Position numbers and translations under genes: made by a program
Shown here: positions 25,988-40,319 of the stretch, in pieces
How positions within the stretch are numbered: position 1 is the stretch's first letter
Layout: each line of letters begins with the position of its first letter
Source: the human T2T-CHM13v2.0 reference genome, Homo sapiens
Direction: 5' to 3' (one strand)
Length of the DNA: 64,000 nucleotides
Assembly (NCBI RefSeq): GCF_009914755.1
Contig: NC_060928.1
The notes under the pieces: generated by a model
Databases searched by the model: none
The model's input: the letters and a program-made list of their open reading frames with translations, nothing else
Told to the model about the DNA's origin: nothing

Positions 25988-28900
25988 CTCTGGATGCAGG
26001 ACATGGAGTCAGGGATAATTTTGGAGTTTAAAGATTTAATGACTGCCCTGCTGGGTTTCAGACTTCTGTCGAGCTTATTATCCTTTTCTTTTGGCTAATT
26101 TCTTCCTCTTGAAATTGTCATGTTTAGTCAATGCCTGTACTACCATCGTATCTTGGACGTTAATAATTTGTTTTGATTTTACAGGCTCATCAGTGGAAGG
26201 AGATAAGTCTCCGGTGAGACTTAGGACTTTGGACTTGAGGTTGGAACAAGTTTAAGACTTTTGGAGACTACTGACAGTAGATGATTGTATTTTGCAATGT
26301 CAGAAGGATGTAAGATTTGAAGACAGGAGAAGAATGATGTCCTTTGAGTGTTTGTCCCCTCAAATCTCATGTTGAAATGTAATCCTCAATGTTGGAGGTA
26401 GGGCCTGAGGAGGGGCGATGGGATCATGGGAGTGGATCCCTCATGAATGGTTTAACATCATTTCCTTGGTTATAAGTGACTTCGCCCTTAAGTGGTTCAC
26501 ATGAACTCTGGTTATGTAAAAGTCTGGGACCTCCCTATCCCTCATTATCTTGCTCCCACTCATACCATGTAGTGTGCTTGCTCCCCTTTGCCTTCCACCA
26601 CGATTGAAAGCTTTCTGGGGCCTTCATGAGAAGAAGAGCACATGCTGGCACTGTGCTTCCTGCATAGCCTGCAGAACGCTGAGCCAATTAAGCCCCTTTT
26701 CTTCATAAACTACTCAGCCTCAGGTATTTCTTTATAGCGATGCAAGAACAGCCTAGTACACTCTATTATTTCATATTTATACCACACACGCCTACCTGGG
26801 GTCACTAGGAAATGTTTCTATTATACTATTTTGAAATTTTTCATACAGTTTGTTAGAATTTTGTGGTTTAAAAAAAACTGGAAAAAGTCTATTGTAAGCA
26901 ATCACTTATGTAATAAAATAAATCAAATAAATAAATCTTTCATTATTTTGTACGACTATATTTTATTGGAAACTGCTGTGAGATATTTCTACTGGTACAA
27001 GGATATAAAAGTGTATATTTTAAACTTCTTTGTGATTAAAGGGAATTGAGAGTCTACAATCCTGCTAATGTTGATTTATTCCACTTCTCTAAAAGGAATA
27101 AATACGATTTTTTCCTCCATTATACACTTGATTTGGAACTGTTCTGATTTCAAATACATTACAAAAATGTTTCAAAATAAACTCATCATGATATCTAGAG
27201 AAATTTGAGTAAATTTCAGTTCATTCTCATTTGTCTAATGCTTTCTTTCAAATAATTCAGAAAGCTCATTTTGTAAAGGTCATGGTGAAATATTCTGGAA
27301 AGAATATCAAAAAGAATATTTTCGGTGTTTTAAAAAGGAAACAAATGCAATGAATACATGGCAGTAGAGAAGATAAAGAATACAAAGGCGGACATAATTC
27401 TTATAGAAAGTAAGTTTCTCAAAAGCCCACAAGTGAGTAAAATATAAATCTAGCACATGAACATTATCTGCTAGCTTCCAACTTACTATCGAATTATAAA
27501 ACTGTCATTCACCATCTGTCAGTATCCATGTATGGATATTTGTCTTTGTGGTGTCACTGCAGGGAGCTGTAAGTATCACCATTACTATTCTTAATGAAGA
27601 CCCTGTCTATGGGCATGCCTCCTGACAGCTTCTGTCCATATCATTCATTATTGTCAGCCTACAGCCAAGTGCCAAGTGAATACAGGCTGTATCTTATGCA
27701 GTCATTCCTTAAGAATATGTTCCAAAATGCTAACTTCTAATCAATAAGTATATAACAAGTTGATTCTTCCTTTAGGCTTCCTCCAATGAATATTTTGCAT
27801 AGGTTTAAAAATATCCCTGAAAATTCACACACTTCTGAACATTGATGCCCCAGATTTTATTCAAACTCCTAGAATGGTGTTTATGCACAAAATAATTGAA
27901 ATATCCTACAGTATGAGACTGGTTCAAATGAATTAGATGCCTCTTTGACATCGAATATCCTTTTTCTATGCATAGATAAGCATGTAAGACCTCCCATAAT
28001 TCAAGTATGTTATAGATGTCAAATTCTTACATACTCTTTAGTATTCACACATAATGAATGTTACACTAATAAATAAACATCATTTCTTTTTAGTCCCTGT
28101 TATTGGACTAAAACCTTGCAATTTTTGATATAAGATATTCACATTTCCACTAGAACATTCTTTCAGAACTGTTGACAAATTTTAACTTAAGGAAACAGGG
28201 AGGCAAAGGGCAAATTTCTTTAACAGTGCACAGAGCTCTAAAAGTTTTCTAGGAGATTGAAGGACATATACACCCCAATAATTCACTGGCTCTAACAGAA
28301 TGCTGTATCAAAGGCATAAACAGGCCTATACACTGAACAATAGTTTTACTACATCAGTTTCCCAGTTTTCTTAGTTGCTATGAAATCTGAAATCAAAACA
28401 ATGTTTTATGCTTTTGCTCCAAGACATAAAATCAAGGAAACCTAGAAGAAACTCTGATGGGAGCAAGAATGCACTGTCATAGTAAGAGTAGATTTTTAGA
28501 AAAGAGCCTTCAGTGTGTCAAAGACCTTTGTGAGTATGCATATGTGTAAGTACATATAACAATACAAAGAAATCATTGGCAAAACTAGAAATTATGCTAG
28601 GAGGGTTTACTGAAGCAAACGTTTACAAAACAGAGCAAACTACCCCTATGCACTTAAAGACTGTACTACATCTATCTGCTTATCTATCTATCCATTTATC
28701 TATAACTTATCTTTCTAATTTGTCTATCATATATATACTTATATATTGTATAAAAATGAATAAGAAATGGCATTGAAAAAGAGATACCTGTGTCTCTGTC
28801 AAATTTGCTGCTTCAACCCAATCATTCTGTAGAAAATCAAAGAGCACATTTAATCTCTTTCGCCTATCTCTTTAAAAAAATGGAGACTGTATATCAGAAT

Positions 28901-30467
28901 TTGTCTTTTCTGTGTACTTAAGAACATGGCAATTTTAGATACAGCAATATCCAAAGTTTATTCTTCAATTTTATACTTTCCCTTTGCATATTTATTCTAT
29001 CATTTTTCAAACTTTTAGGGAAAAATACTTATCATATTTTCCCAGATTAGTAAGCTTGCAAATACTATCAACATATCTTCTTGTGGTCTAGCTGTGGCTA
29101 CATGGATGAAGAAAGGGAGAAAGGAAGGAAGGAAAGAAGTATTCAAATGAGAAGATGTAATCTTTTAATTTATCTATTCCAAAAGCTAATAAAATATTAG
29201 TCCCTTAACCCTGTCATCCAATGAAAACATAAAATGTTTTCTTACTTCTAGAGTTCAAGCAAAAAAAAATCACACATTTTTAAAGGTCATAGTAATTGAG
29301 TAGCAGAAACATTTATTAACAGTAAGGCTGCTTAATGCAGACTGAATTTATTTATTCACTCTTGAGGGGCCGTTAGATTGTACAATTCTGTAAAGTCCTT
29401 AGTATGAGAATGGCATCAGCTTCAGAAACCTAAGAAATAGTTGAACTGGGGAGACAAGTAAATAAATACAAAGAGAAAAACTTACTGGGAGCACAGAAAT
29501 ATGTGCGCTAACTCTTTTTGAGAGAACCGTAAAAGATTTTTTTTGGAAAATATTAATTTTGTTCTGTAATGTAACACATGAAAAAGGATTGTTAGAGAAA
29601 ATTATATGTTGGAGTACTTTTTGTTTACACTGGAAACAAAACATTTCTGCACAATGGTCTGTTGCTTAAGATTCCTGGAGAATCACTTCTGTGTTTAGAT
29701 AGTTTTTTAATAATTAAAAAATTAACATTTATAAAATTAGAAATAGTTGTATTATTTTATTTAATATTTCTTTATGTTGAATATTTAATGTCCATGAATT
29801 AATCTTTAAATTAATATGAAGTAACCATTAAATATTTAAAAATATTGAATTTCCAGGAAAACTCCGTTAAAGACTCCATCAACTTTAGGACATCCCAAAT
29901 TAATTAAAAGAATTGGGCTTCGATTTTAAGGAATATAGAAAGGATATAGACAAATACATACCATAAAGTGACTAAAAGAAGAGAACAAAGTTGTCTTTTG
30001 AAAGAGTGGAATTCAGACACACTATCTAAACAGCTATATTATACATGGGTTCTTTGTTTGGACAGTATTAACATTTATTGTTCAGAAAGCACAATTATTT
30101 AAATACATATAATAAAGAAATTAAATCTTTGAAAATCTCTTTTGGACAGAAAAAGCCAGTAGGTGGACCTATACAGGTATCAAATTAGAATCTATCAAAC
30201 TTGAAAACTAAATCTATTGAATAATAAAAATGACAATCTTATAAGATAATGGTTAACTAAAGGTTCTAACTAATATGAAAATCCTTAGGTTTTAAAAAAC
30301 TTCAGAGATTAAATAAAAACAACAAAAACATCATAATTAAGATACATACTAAAATGCCAATTAATGGTAAGAGTTACATTAACTTACCAGGTTTAAACTC
30401 ATGCTAAATCGGTTTTAGAGGATTGATTTCATTATTATCCTAAAATCTGTTGGTGTAACAGAATGAC

Positions 30468-30997
30468 TGATATGTGTCTGAGTATATATATATGTATGTG
30501 TGTGTGTGTGTGTCTCTGTACTTATGTATGTGTCTGTATATATATACACATATATATGTACGCATATATATACACACATATACCTATATGTATATATATT
30601 CACACATGTATACGTATATACACACATACATATATACGTATATATACACACGTATATACGTATATATACACACATATATACGTATATACTATATATACAC
30701 ACGTATATACGTATATACGTATATATACACGTATATACGTATATATACACATATATATGTATATACGTATGTACATATATGTGTATATATACATATGCAT
30801 ATGTGTATAGATATATACATATTATCCAATTCTAGAGCACATTTGCAGAACTGCTGAGTGCCCAGTTAACCCAGATTCCAGACTCATTGGCAAGATATAT
30901 ATATATATATACATATATAATGTGTGTATATATATATATATATACACACACTATACATTATATACTATATATGTGTGTGTGTGTGTGTATATATATA
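30468..30997. repeat. Compound (TA)/(CA)/(TG)/TATACG microsatellite region
   Basis: Alternating purine-pyrimidine sequence, interrupted at 30821-30893 by unique sequence. Confidence 0.95.
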
Positions 30998-31069
30998 TTG
31001 CTCATGAGTCTGGAATCTGGGTTAACTGGGCACTCAGCAGTTCTGCAACATGCTCTAGGATTGGGTAAT
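30821..31069. repeat. Inverted repeat, ~73-bp arms, ~104-bp microsatellite spacer
   Basis: ttgcagaactgctgagtgcccagttaacccagattccagactcat is the exact reverse complement of atgagtctggaatctgggttaactgggcactcagcagttctgcaa (45 bp); the outer parts pair with a few mismatches. Confidence 0.95.
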
Positions 31070-31470
31070 TTCAGCTTAGCTCCTTCATGCATCTGTAGTC
31101 AGATGGCAGTTGGCTGGAGACTGGCTCCTGTAGGATAGTCTCACTCACATGTCTGGTGATTGGCTCTCTGTCTGTTGGGACAGTAGGATTCTCAATTGTC
31201 TCTCATCATCCAACGGGTTAGTTAGCCTGGACTTATTCTCATAGTGTCTGGGCAGCATTCCAAGATGATGAACAAAAGACCTCTTGAGACATATGCCTCT
31301 TTCACTACATTCTATTTGTCAAAAGTATTCAAAAGACAATCCTGATTCAAGTGAGCCACAAAAGCAGACAGATTATATTTCTAGAGGAAAAAACATGAGA
31401 AGTCACATTGCAAGTACGAGTGATTACATGGAAGGAAAGCATTCCAGCTACTTTTTCAAGCAATCTACAT
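30998..31470 (-). mobile_element. Old MLT1 (H/I/J-like) LTR
   Basis: ctcactcacatgtctgg, cttattctcatagt, cttcactacattctatttgtcaaaag, aagtcacattgcaa, and terminal gcaatctaca. Confidence 0.65.
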
Positions 31471-32033
31471 TTCTATGCCATTAAATATTTACATCATCTT
31501 TTGACATTTTGTGAAATATGTTGATGTAAGCAGGGTATAGATTATAGTAAATTTTGAAATCTGAAAATTACTCCTCTAAATAATCAAATGTAGGAATTAT
31601 ATGGTCTAAGAAAACTAATATATCCTGGTATTGTGTAAATTTATTTTTGAAATGATAGATTAGAGCTTAACATGTGAGACAACACATTGAGCAGAGTCTG
31701 GGAGTGACTACAAAACATGCTCCTAAAGACAAAGCGAAGCTGCAAAAAGAATTTGGCAGCTGCAACTGTGGAAGGGAAAACTACACATCTGTAAATGTGT
31801 AACAATTTTAAGAAGAGCTAAGATAATTTTGTATCTGCAACTAGCAACTTGTAAATTTCAAAAAGGCATTAGTACTAGAAATACATATCCTTGCATAATC
31901 TGATAGCATTTTCCAACCCAATTTAGATAAAATTAAGCTTTACCAAAGCAGAAAGTGCAGCTATTCTACAAGTTATAATCATGACAAGGAACGACGTACT
32001 GAACAGTGAGTATGTGTTTGAAAGTGAGGAAGA

Positions 32034-32267
32034 GGCCGGGCGCGGTGGCTCACGTCTATAATCCCAACACTTTGGGAGGCTGAGGCAGGCGGATGGCTTG
32101 AGTTCAGGAGTTTGACACTAACCTGGGCAGCACACCGAAACTCCATCTCTATTAAAATTACAAAAATTAGCCAGGCGAGGTGGCATGCACCTGTAGTTCC
32201 AATCACATAGGAGGCTGAAGTGGGAGGATTTCTTAAGCCTGGGAGGTGGAGGTTGCAGAGAGCCAAG
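32034..32267 (+). mobile_element. AluJ-like, 3'-truncated
   Basis: ggatggcttgagttcagg and gtgggaggatttcttaagcctggg (J-type); stops at gagccaag with no poly-A. Confidence 0.88.
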
Positions 32268-32429
32268 GAAGAAAGAGGAAGAAGTTGTGACTTTCTCCTT
32301 AGGGATTTTCTCATCGAGATGCACAAAGAAATTGTATTGTAGGCAAATACTTAGACCTATACTACTTATTTTATATATTAAATACTATTACAATTTTCAT
32401 ACATGACTTGTGAATATAATTCTACTAAA

Positions 32430-32640
32430 AATAGCAATTACTTTGTGCCAGACACTGTGCAATTTTTTATGGTGTTCACAATATCATCTAAAGGATGAGA
32501 AATGTTTTCATCTACATTTTATACAGGAGTAAATAAAGCCTTGGAGAAGTGCACTTTATTTATTTTTCAACAATTACATAGTAATTTACGTGGTTTCAAA
32601 CTCGAGCAATCTGACCCTTGAAATTGTATTCTGAAATCTG
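32430..32640 (-). mobile_element. MIR remnant
   Basis: tactttgtgccagacactgtgc...cattttatacaggagtaaataaagccttggagaagt. Confidence 0.55.
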
Positions 32641-33284
32641 CAAGTTTTATCAGTACTTCAGGAAACTAAATATTACTGAGGTGAACTAATAAATTATTTT
32701 ATTTTTTTGTTGAGGTTTTCTTCTATCCAAATTTGGCTAAAATAAGAGATGAAAATAAATGATAAAAATCAAACACGTATACAATTAATATCTACATGGC
32801 CAGTGGGTGTGTAAATCACCTTCTGAAGGCAATTTGGCTTTCTCTTTGTACCCTTTTGTTTTCCCTACTAAGATAATGTTTTCTCCTTTACGTTCCTCCT
32901 TTTCACCTTTTCTGTCTTCTCCTTTATGCTAATGTGTGTATATATGCCATATTTGGCATATGTTTTCCTGATCTACCTTCTAGTTTATTGCTCATATGTT
33001 GTGTCTAATGTGCCTTGTAGACTTTAAAAAATATGGATGTATTTCATTTTGTTCTTACTTTATACACTTTAACTTCTACACTTTAACTAAAATTTTAATT
33101 TAATTAAAAAACTTTTTTACCTATTTTTTCAAATCTCTTTTATATATATTTTTAAGTTTATCCTCTATGTTTTTAAATAGCCTGAATGTTACTTCATATA
33201 CATTGAGTTCATGAAAAAAAAAGTAATACATATGAAATAAAAGTATTTCATAGTATTTCATATATATTAAGGCCAATACCTATG

Positions 33285-33580
33285 CATACTGTATGTCTGT
33301 GTATATATAATTAATATTATATAATTATATACACACATTTGTATATATAATTTTATATATATTAAATATACACACATATATATGCACACATATAGTGTGT
33401 GTATACTATACATATGTATATATTATAGTATATATATGTAATATAATCATATGTATACACATACACATAGTGTGTGCATAATTGCTTATAGTATGGATAA
33501 GTATTGGATATGATATTGATATTGTTATTTATTTATATACACACATACACGCACCTAGGACATATACATATACAAATATA
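33285..33580. repeat. (TA)/(CA)-rich low-complexity region
   Basis: Degenerate alternating TA/CA/TG repeats. Confidence 0.8.
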
Positions 33581-34127
33581 AGTCTTTTTCTGTTGTATGT
33601 TGTTTCTGTTGGTTCTTTATCATATGGTGTAGTTTCTTTGTCTGTCTGATTATCTTCGACTCTTTATGGAATATTGCATGTCAAAAACTATCTGCAGGAA
33701 TAATTTAAGACATAAAATGAATACGTATTCCTCCAGAGAGAATTTACACTTGTTTTTACAAAGTTTCTGGAGACATTACCAACATAAGGACATGTTACAT
33801 AAAATTCAAACTTAATATTAGAAATTCAATCCAACACTATATTATTATGTGGGCTTTTTCACTTATTCATTCTTGCATTAAGGGTTTAGTTCATAGCTGT
33901 CCAGGCTTATCATGGAGAGGTTATACTGCTAGACCACTTGCAAAAGCCCTAGGATATTATTTCAATTACCTTTGTTCGCTGAGGCCATAAAACTAAACGT
34001 TTTACTTTCCCTTAATCTGAGAATGCCTTTGTAGCAAAAAGTGGTAGTGATATTTGTGCTTGTTTCTAGTGTTCTCTTAACTTTTTACTTGGTAAATTAT
34101 TACTGTCTTGTCACTACTTTTGACTTT

Positions 34128-34677
34128 TGTCAGAGGCATGCGAACCAGAGCAACATCATCTTGAATAGGAGCTGGGTAAAATGAGACTGAGACCTACTGG
34201 GCCGCATTCCCAGATCTTGAAGGCATTCTAACTTACAGGATGAGATCGGAGGTCAGCACAAGACACAGGCCATAAAGATCTTGCTAATACAACAGTTTGC
34301 AGTAAAGATGCTGGCCAAAACCCACCAAAACCAAGATAGCGATGACAGTGACCTCTGATCGTCCTCACTGCTACACTCCCACCAGCGCCATGACAGTTTA
34401 CAAACGTCATGGCAACATCAGGAACTTAACGACTATATGGTCTAAAAAGGGAAGGCATGAATAATCCAACCCTTGTTTAGCGTATAATCAAAAAATAACC
34501 ATAAAAAGGGACAACCAGCAGCCCTCAAGGCTGCTATGCCTATGGAGTAACCCTCATTTATTCTTTTACTTTCTTAATAAACCTGCTTTCACTTTGTGGA
34601 CTCACCCTGAATTCTTTCTTGCGTGAGATCCAAGAACCCTCTCTTGGAGTCTGGATCAGAACCACTTTCCAGTAACA
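34128..34677 (+). mobile_element. MER41A solo LTR (ERV1)
   Basis: tgtcagaggc..gaaccagagcaac..catcttgaatagg start, ctttccagtaaca end, and aaaaagggaaggcatgaataatcc segment of the A subfamily; TSD cttt/tttt. Confidence 0.9.
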
Positions 34678-35147
34678 TTTTCATGATTTAAGATTTTAAA
34701 AATTAGTTTATCAAGGATTTGGTTGTTTATGTGATTTTCAGCGATTTTTTATTTGGAAAAATGTCTTGAATGACCTAACTACTATCTCTGTAAACAGGAA
34801 ATTTCTGAATGCATATAGTGATTAGGAGACTTTTGAAAGGAAGAAAGGATTAAAAGTCTGAAATACCTGAAAGCAAAGAATGGGACTTCTATGAAAGAGA
34901 GGAAAATGGTACAGTAAAGCAAGACCAGAGACTCCAGTGATTTAAAATGGTAATTTTCGCAGTTAACTTTATCTATGCTTTAGAATAAATTCTCTTTAGA
35001 TTTAAATTTTTATAGAGCTATAATCTTTTCTTGAAAATATGAATGTTAAATGTTACCCTACATTTACATGGTGAAGGTAATTAATTATGCCTACATCAAT
35101 TGAATGTCTTAGAAGGCTATTCGCAATCAATTGAGAGAATATGTATG

Positions 35148-35338
35148 CATTGTCAATATGTCCTTGGAAACTGCAACTTTAAGGAAAATGATTTTTAACA
35201 AAACCATTTTTTTCTCATTAACATTATAGAGAAAGGACATTAAAGGAAATGATATTATTCAAGGAACTGCTGTGAGTCATTTAGCATAACGTTAGAGTTT
35301 CCAAGAACCTACCAATGACATGAAGTGAGAACTTACTG
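35148..35338. mobile_element. MER82-like TcMar-Tigger DNA transposon remnant
   Basis: ttggaaactgcaactttaagg near the left end and its inverted counterpart gtttccaagaacct...aagtgagaacttactg at the right end. Confidence 0.55.
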
Positions 35339-35673
35339 TTCTTTATTGGTATGTCAACAACAAAATCTTTTTTATTTGTAATATGCATGGGTTTAAATTG
35401 GGCAAATTTTCAGACCTTTTTTCTTCTTAGAACTGAGAGCAGTAAATACGACTTTGTCCAGAATGAAGAACAAGGTGAAGAAAAGGTGTATGAGCCAACT
35501 GAGCAGCTTTTAAAAAAACATCATTTACTCCTTGTTTTAATTTATGCATATTTTTCAGAAGTCATACAAAAATAATATAGAACATTATAATAATATTAAA
35601 TATATAAATATGAAATAGATTTAAAGAAAATTCTCCTTTTAAAACTTTTCTTTTTTTGTTTACGGAGGTTAAA

Positions 35674-36030
35674 AATGACCTTTGCAGGGACATGGATGGA
35701 GCTGGAAGCCATTATCCTCAGTAAACTAACGCAGGAACGGAAAGCCAAACACTGGATTGTCTTACTTATAAGTGGGGGCTGAACAATGAGAAAATGTGGA
35801 CATATTGTGGGGAACAACACACACTGGGGCCTGTTTGTGGGGTGCTATGGGGAGGGAGAGCATTGGGAAGAACAGCTAATGGATGCTGGGCTTAATACCT
35901 AGGCAAGGGGTTGATCTGTGCAGCAAACCACCATGGCACACGTTTACCTGCACATTTTAAAAATTTACAAATTTTACACAAACCTGCACATTTTACACAT
36001 GTACCCCAGAACTTAAAATAAAAAATTAAA
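35674..36030 (+). mobile_element. L1PA8-13-like 3' end, 5'-truncated
   Basis: cctttgcagggacatggatggagctggaagccattatcctcag...gctgggcttaatacctagg...gaacttaaaataaaa. Confidence 0.9.
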
Positions 36031-36870
36031 GACAAAATTTTTCTAAAACAAACTCGATTTCATTTTTTTTAAAGGCTAAAACAATGAGATTTTTTTTAAT
36101 TTAAATACTCTAGATAGGGTTACAGGGGGGAATAAAAAGTTCTCATTTATCAAATAGTCTTACAGTCTTAAAATATAATTTAAAAGAGACTAATACATGC
36201 AGCAAACCTAAGAAACAATAACCTCAGCAAAATAGCAGCATTAACATTTGAAATCAAAGCAATGAGGCCCTGACTGCTGGAGCAGCACATTGAAAAACAT
36301 TCTAACATTAACAAAACAAAACAACCAAAAGACAAACGCCCTGATTGAAACAGAACTCAGTGGGATGGTGGTTTGTTGTTGTCATTGTTGTTGTTGCTTT
36401 TGTTTCTGAAATATTTCACTTCTCCAGAAAAACTTGACTGCTAATATATGCTGGTTACATTTGATTTAACACGGCTGTTAATCATGTTACTATCAGAAGT
36501 TCAGAATCGATTGAATATGCCCTTGGTTAGCTATATAATGAACATTGAAAGCACCTGTCACCACCATTGTTGATTGTATGGAGTCCTTTGTGTGCACTGC
36601 AAGAGAGGACAGCCACATGGGCTTTTTGGAGACATTTCTAGAACAGACTTAGAGGCAATTCTTTGATAGGATTCTGAAGTCTTTCCCTCTTTGATCTTAT
36701 TTCCCTGATATCAAACAATAATGCACACAGGCTTTACAGTCTAGAAAAGCAGCTCAGTCTTAGGTTTTAATGAAGGCACAAGGGAGGGAGGTCAAAAATG
36801 TGATGGGTTAATATTGGGCAGAATTCTCTGAAACAAGGACCCAGCCTAGACAAGCTATGAAAGTCTCCTT

Positions 36871-37448
<578 letters not shown>

Positions 37449-38727
37449 GAAGTATACATAAGAAGAATTCCGTAAGTACAAAATGATTATCCTCACACAT
37501 CAATCTTTGAGGGCCATGAACAATGCAATTTCCTTTGGCTCACTTTTTCTTAATTAAATTCTGTTCAGGTATATTTCTATTAAAGTTATGAGCTTTATTT
37601 CTATATTGCTGACCAAAATTTTAACACTGTTATTGGGGCATGGCCCTAGAATCTGCTTTTTTCAGATGGATTCTAATGTTTCGATTATTTTGTCTTTTCA
37701 AATTCTTCTATTCCAAAATCTATGATATATATGAACTTCTCTAATTAAAACAATTTAGGTTGCAGTCAGTCTACAATTAAATATACCAAAACGTCTTGAA
37801 AACATACAAACTTTCCTAATTTAAGCAATTAGAAGTAAATTTGTTTGAGTTGTGGACAGTTTTCTGCTTTCAAGGACTGGTGTGAGTTTAAAACCTCACT
37901 GTTTTAAAGTTTTATGGAGGGATCAGCATTTTATATAAAAACATTTTTTCACCATAAATTATTTTTTCTTGTGCTTCATTCTTTTAAAAAATTAAACACT
38001 CTCTGACTCTGAAAAATGTTTCTCAAAAATAGTAATAAATGGGAATAATAAAACAGATTTATATTGGGAAAAATAGCTCTTATTCATAGTTCTTTCTTTC
38101 CTTTACCTTGAAAACTTCTGGCTCTGTGAATGAGTAGGTGTTTACATTGATCCATCTGTTATCCTAAAAGGACTTTTTCCACCCATGTGTTCTTTTTGCT
38201 TATAAGACTTTTTTCTACCCAACTAGAATAAGAGCAGGTTTTTTTGTGTGTGAACTACAGCTTATTTGGCACTCCAGCTACATGAATGGAAAGTAAAAAC
38301 ATAGTGAGAGAGAAACAGACCTAGGGCACTCAATCACAGAGATGGCATGAAGATGTTCTGCTTAAGGGAACCACATGAGAGGTAAATGATGTCTCCGGAA
38401 ATTTGGAGATATTCTCTTGGGAGACCTCCACCAGTCACTTCTAGGAAGCATGCCTCTGTCCTGACAACCTGCCGAGCTCTCAGTTTGTGTATTCCACAAC
38501 GAACGAGGGGCACTTGTGACCAACACCTTACAGAAACAGTGCTCTGAAAGTTGGTAAAAATGAAAGTAGAGGTGGTGCTTGAGGATAATGAAACTCCAAG
38601 AACACATACTTGGGTGAAACTTGGCTTGGAATTTCACTAAATTTGACTCTAAATTACATTGGAATAATAAAAAGAACAAAAGCTGAGAAAGAATATTTTG
38701 ACTTGAATATCTGTTTCATAGACTAAG

Positions 38728-39119
38728 TATATTAGTTTGCTTGAGCTGCCATAACAGAATACCAAACTGGATGGCTTAAAGCACAGAAATTTATTTCCTT
38801 ACAGTTATGGAGGCTAGAAGTGCAAGATCAAGGTGCTGGAAGGGTTAGTTTCTAGTAAGGCCTTTCCCCTTGGCTTTTAGATGGCTTCCTTCTCAGCTCC
38901 CATCTTGTGTGGTTACACGATCTTTTCTCTATGTACACACCCTCCTGGTGCCTCCTTGTCTTCTTATGAGGACATCGGTCCTATTGGATGAGGATTACAC
39001 TCATATGACCTTATTTAACCTTAATTATTTCCTTAAAGGCCTCTCTCTCAAATACAGTCATATTGGGGGTTAAAGCATTAACATACTAATTTTTAGGAAC
39101 CCACAATGCAATCTATACA
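38728..39119 (-). mobile_element. MLT1A/A0-like solo LTR
   Basis: tattagtttgcttgagctgccataacagaatacca...ggaggctagaagtgcaagatcaaggtg...tcaaatacagtcatattgggggtta. Confidence 0.85.
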
Positions 39120-39821
39120 TCTAGAAAACTAAGTCTTTATTTAAAAAAATCTGACATGCATTTGAATGATGATTAATGTGCTAATGCATTTTCATTTATA
39201 TTAATTATGTATGGTCAGATTTTGTGTATGTATTTACTGAAGAAAATCTCAATGAAAATGTTTCCAAAGAGGTTACTTCTGCAAATAAAAAGACCATTTT
39301 ACATCAGCTAGCTAGTAGCAGACAGCTGTCACAGGACTTCCTACCACAAACTGATCTTGGAGAAAAATTAGAAGCAATATATGAGTTTTTCCTTTCCACG
39401 CTTGAATGACAGTTTTATTATGTGACTCAGCTTCAGTCAATAAGCTGTGGTTCACTGCGATATCACTGACTTGCTTGTCTCTTTTTTTCTTGGCTTTATA
39501 ATTTCAGAGTATGACAACTACTGCTCATATTCTCAGTGCAATCAAACTTGGCATTTTACAAAGGCCAAGGAGTTTAAAAAATATCATGCTTTAATGTAGA
39601 ATTTGGAAGGTAATATTGAAAATGAAAAAATCAGAATGCTATTCCAATGCTATATATAAGATGGTTCTATGAAAAATATAATTATAAATCCCATAAAGTT
39701 TTTGATAAATTATGATTGCATGGAAAGAAAGTAAAATAATGTAAAATAAAATACATAAAATATTATCCATGTTTTAATTTTACTTTATGTCTGATAACTT
39801 AATCTTCATTACCAAATGACT

Positions 39822-39940
39822 TTCATTATTTAACAAATACTTATTGAGTACCCATTATGTGCCAGATTCATTCTAGATACCGGATCTAACAAAAATAGTA
39901 ACGAAAACAAAGGACTGGACTTCATGAAACTTACATTTTG
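39822..39940 (-). mobile_element. L2 3' end remnant
   Basis: atttaacaaatacttattgagtacccattatgtgccag. Confidence 0.6.
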
Positions 39941-40278
39941 TATTTTTAATAGTGATTGACTAAATTATGATTTGTAACATAGAAAGATACAATTAAATTC
40001 TAGGACCTGTGATTTTACACAAATCACTTTAAGTGATTTTACACAAATAAATTATGACATAGAAGCAGACAAACAGAAATGACTTGACAACTGTTTAGCC
40101 ACTGTATAATCGTGCATCTCTGCTAATTATTAATATAATTTTGTGTTTCTATAAGCATATATGTTATGTATATTATACATGCTATACATATATACAAATT
40201 AACTTTAAACTCAGAATTTAGAATTGAATGAATCCATAATGATAACTTACTTCAACTTTTATGAAGTACAAATTGACT

Positions 40279-40319
40279 GTCATTCCTAGAAATAGGTCAT
40301 TCCTAGAAATAGGTCATTC
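40279..40319. repeat. Perfect 17-bp tandem duplication (gtcattcctagaaatag x2.4)
   Basis: Direct reading. Confidence 0.9.

Noticed and set aside
30415-30857. Y/I/T/H/V/C-rich ORFs
   Set aside because: Translations of dinucleotide microsatellite.
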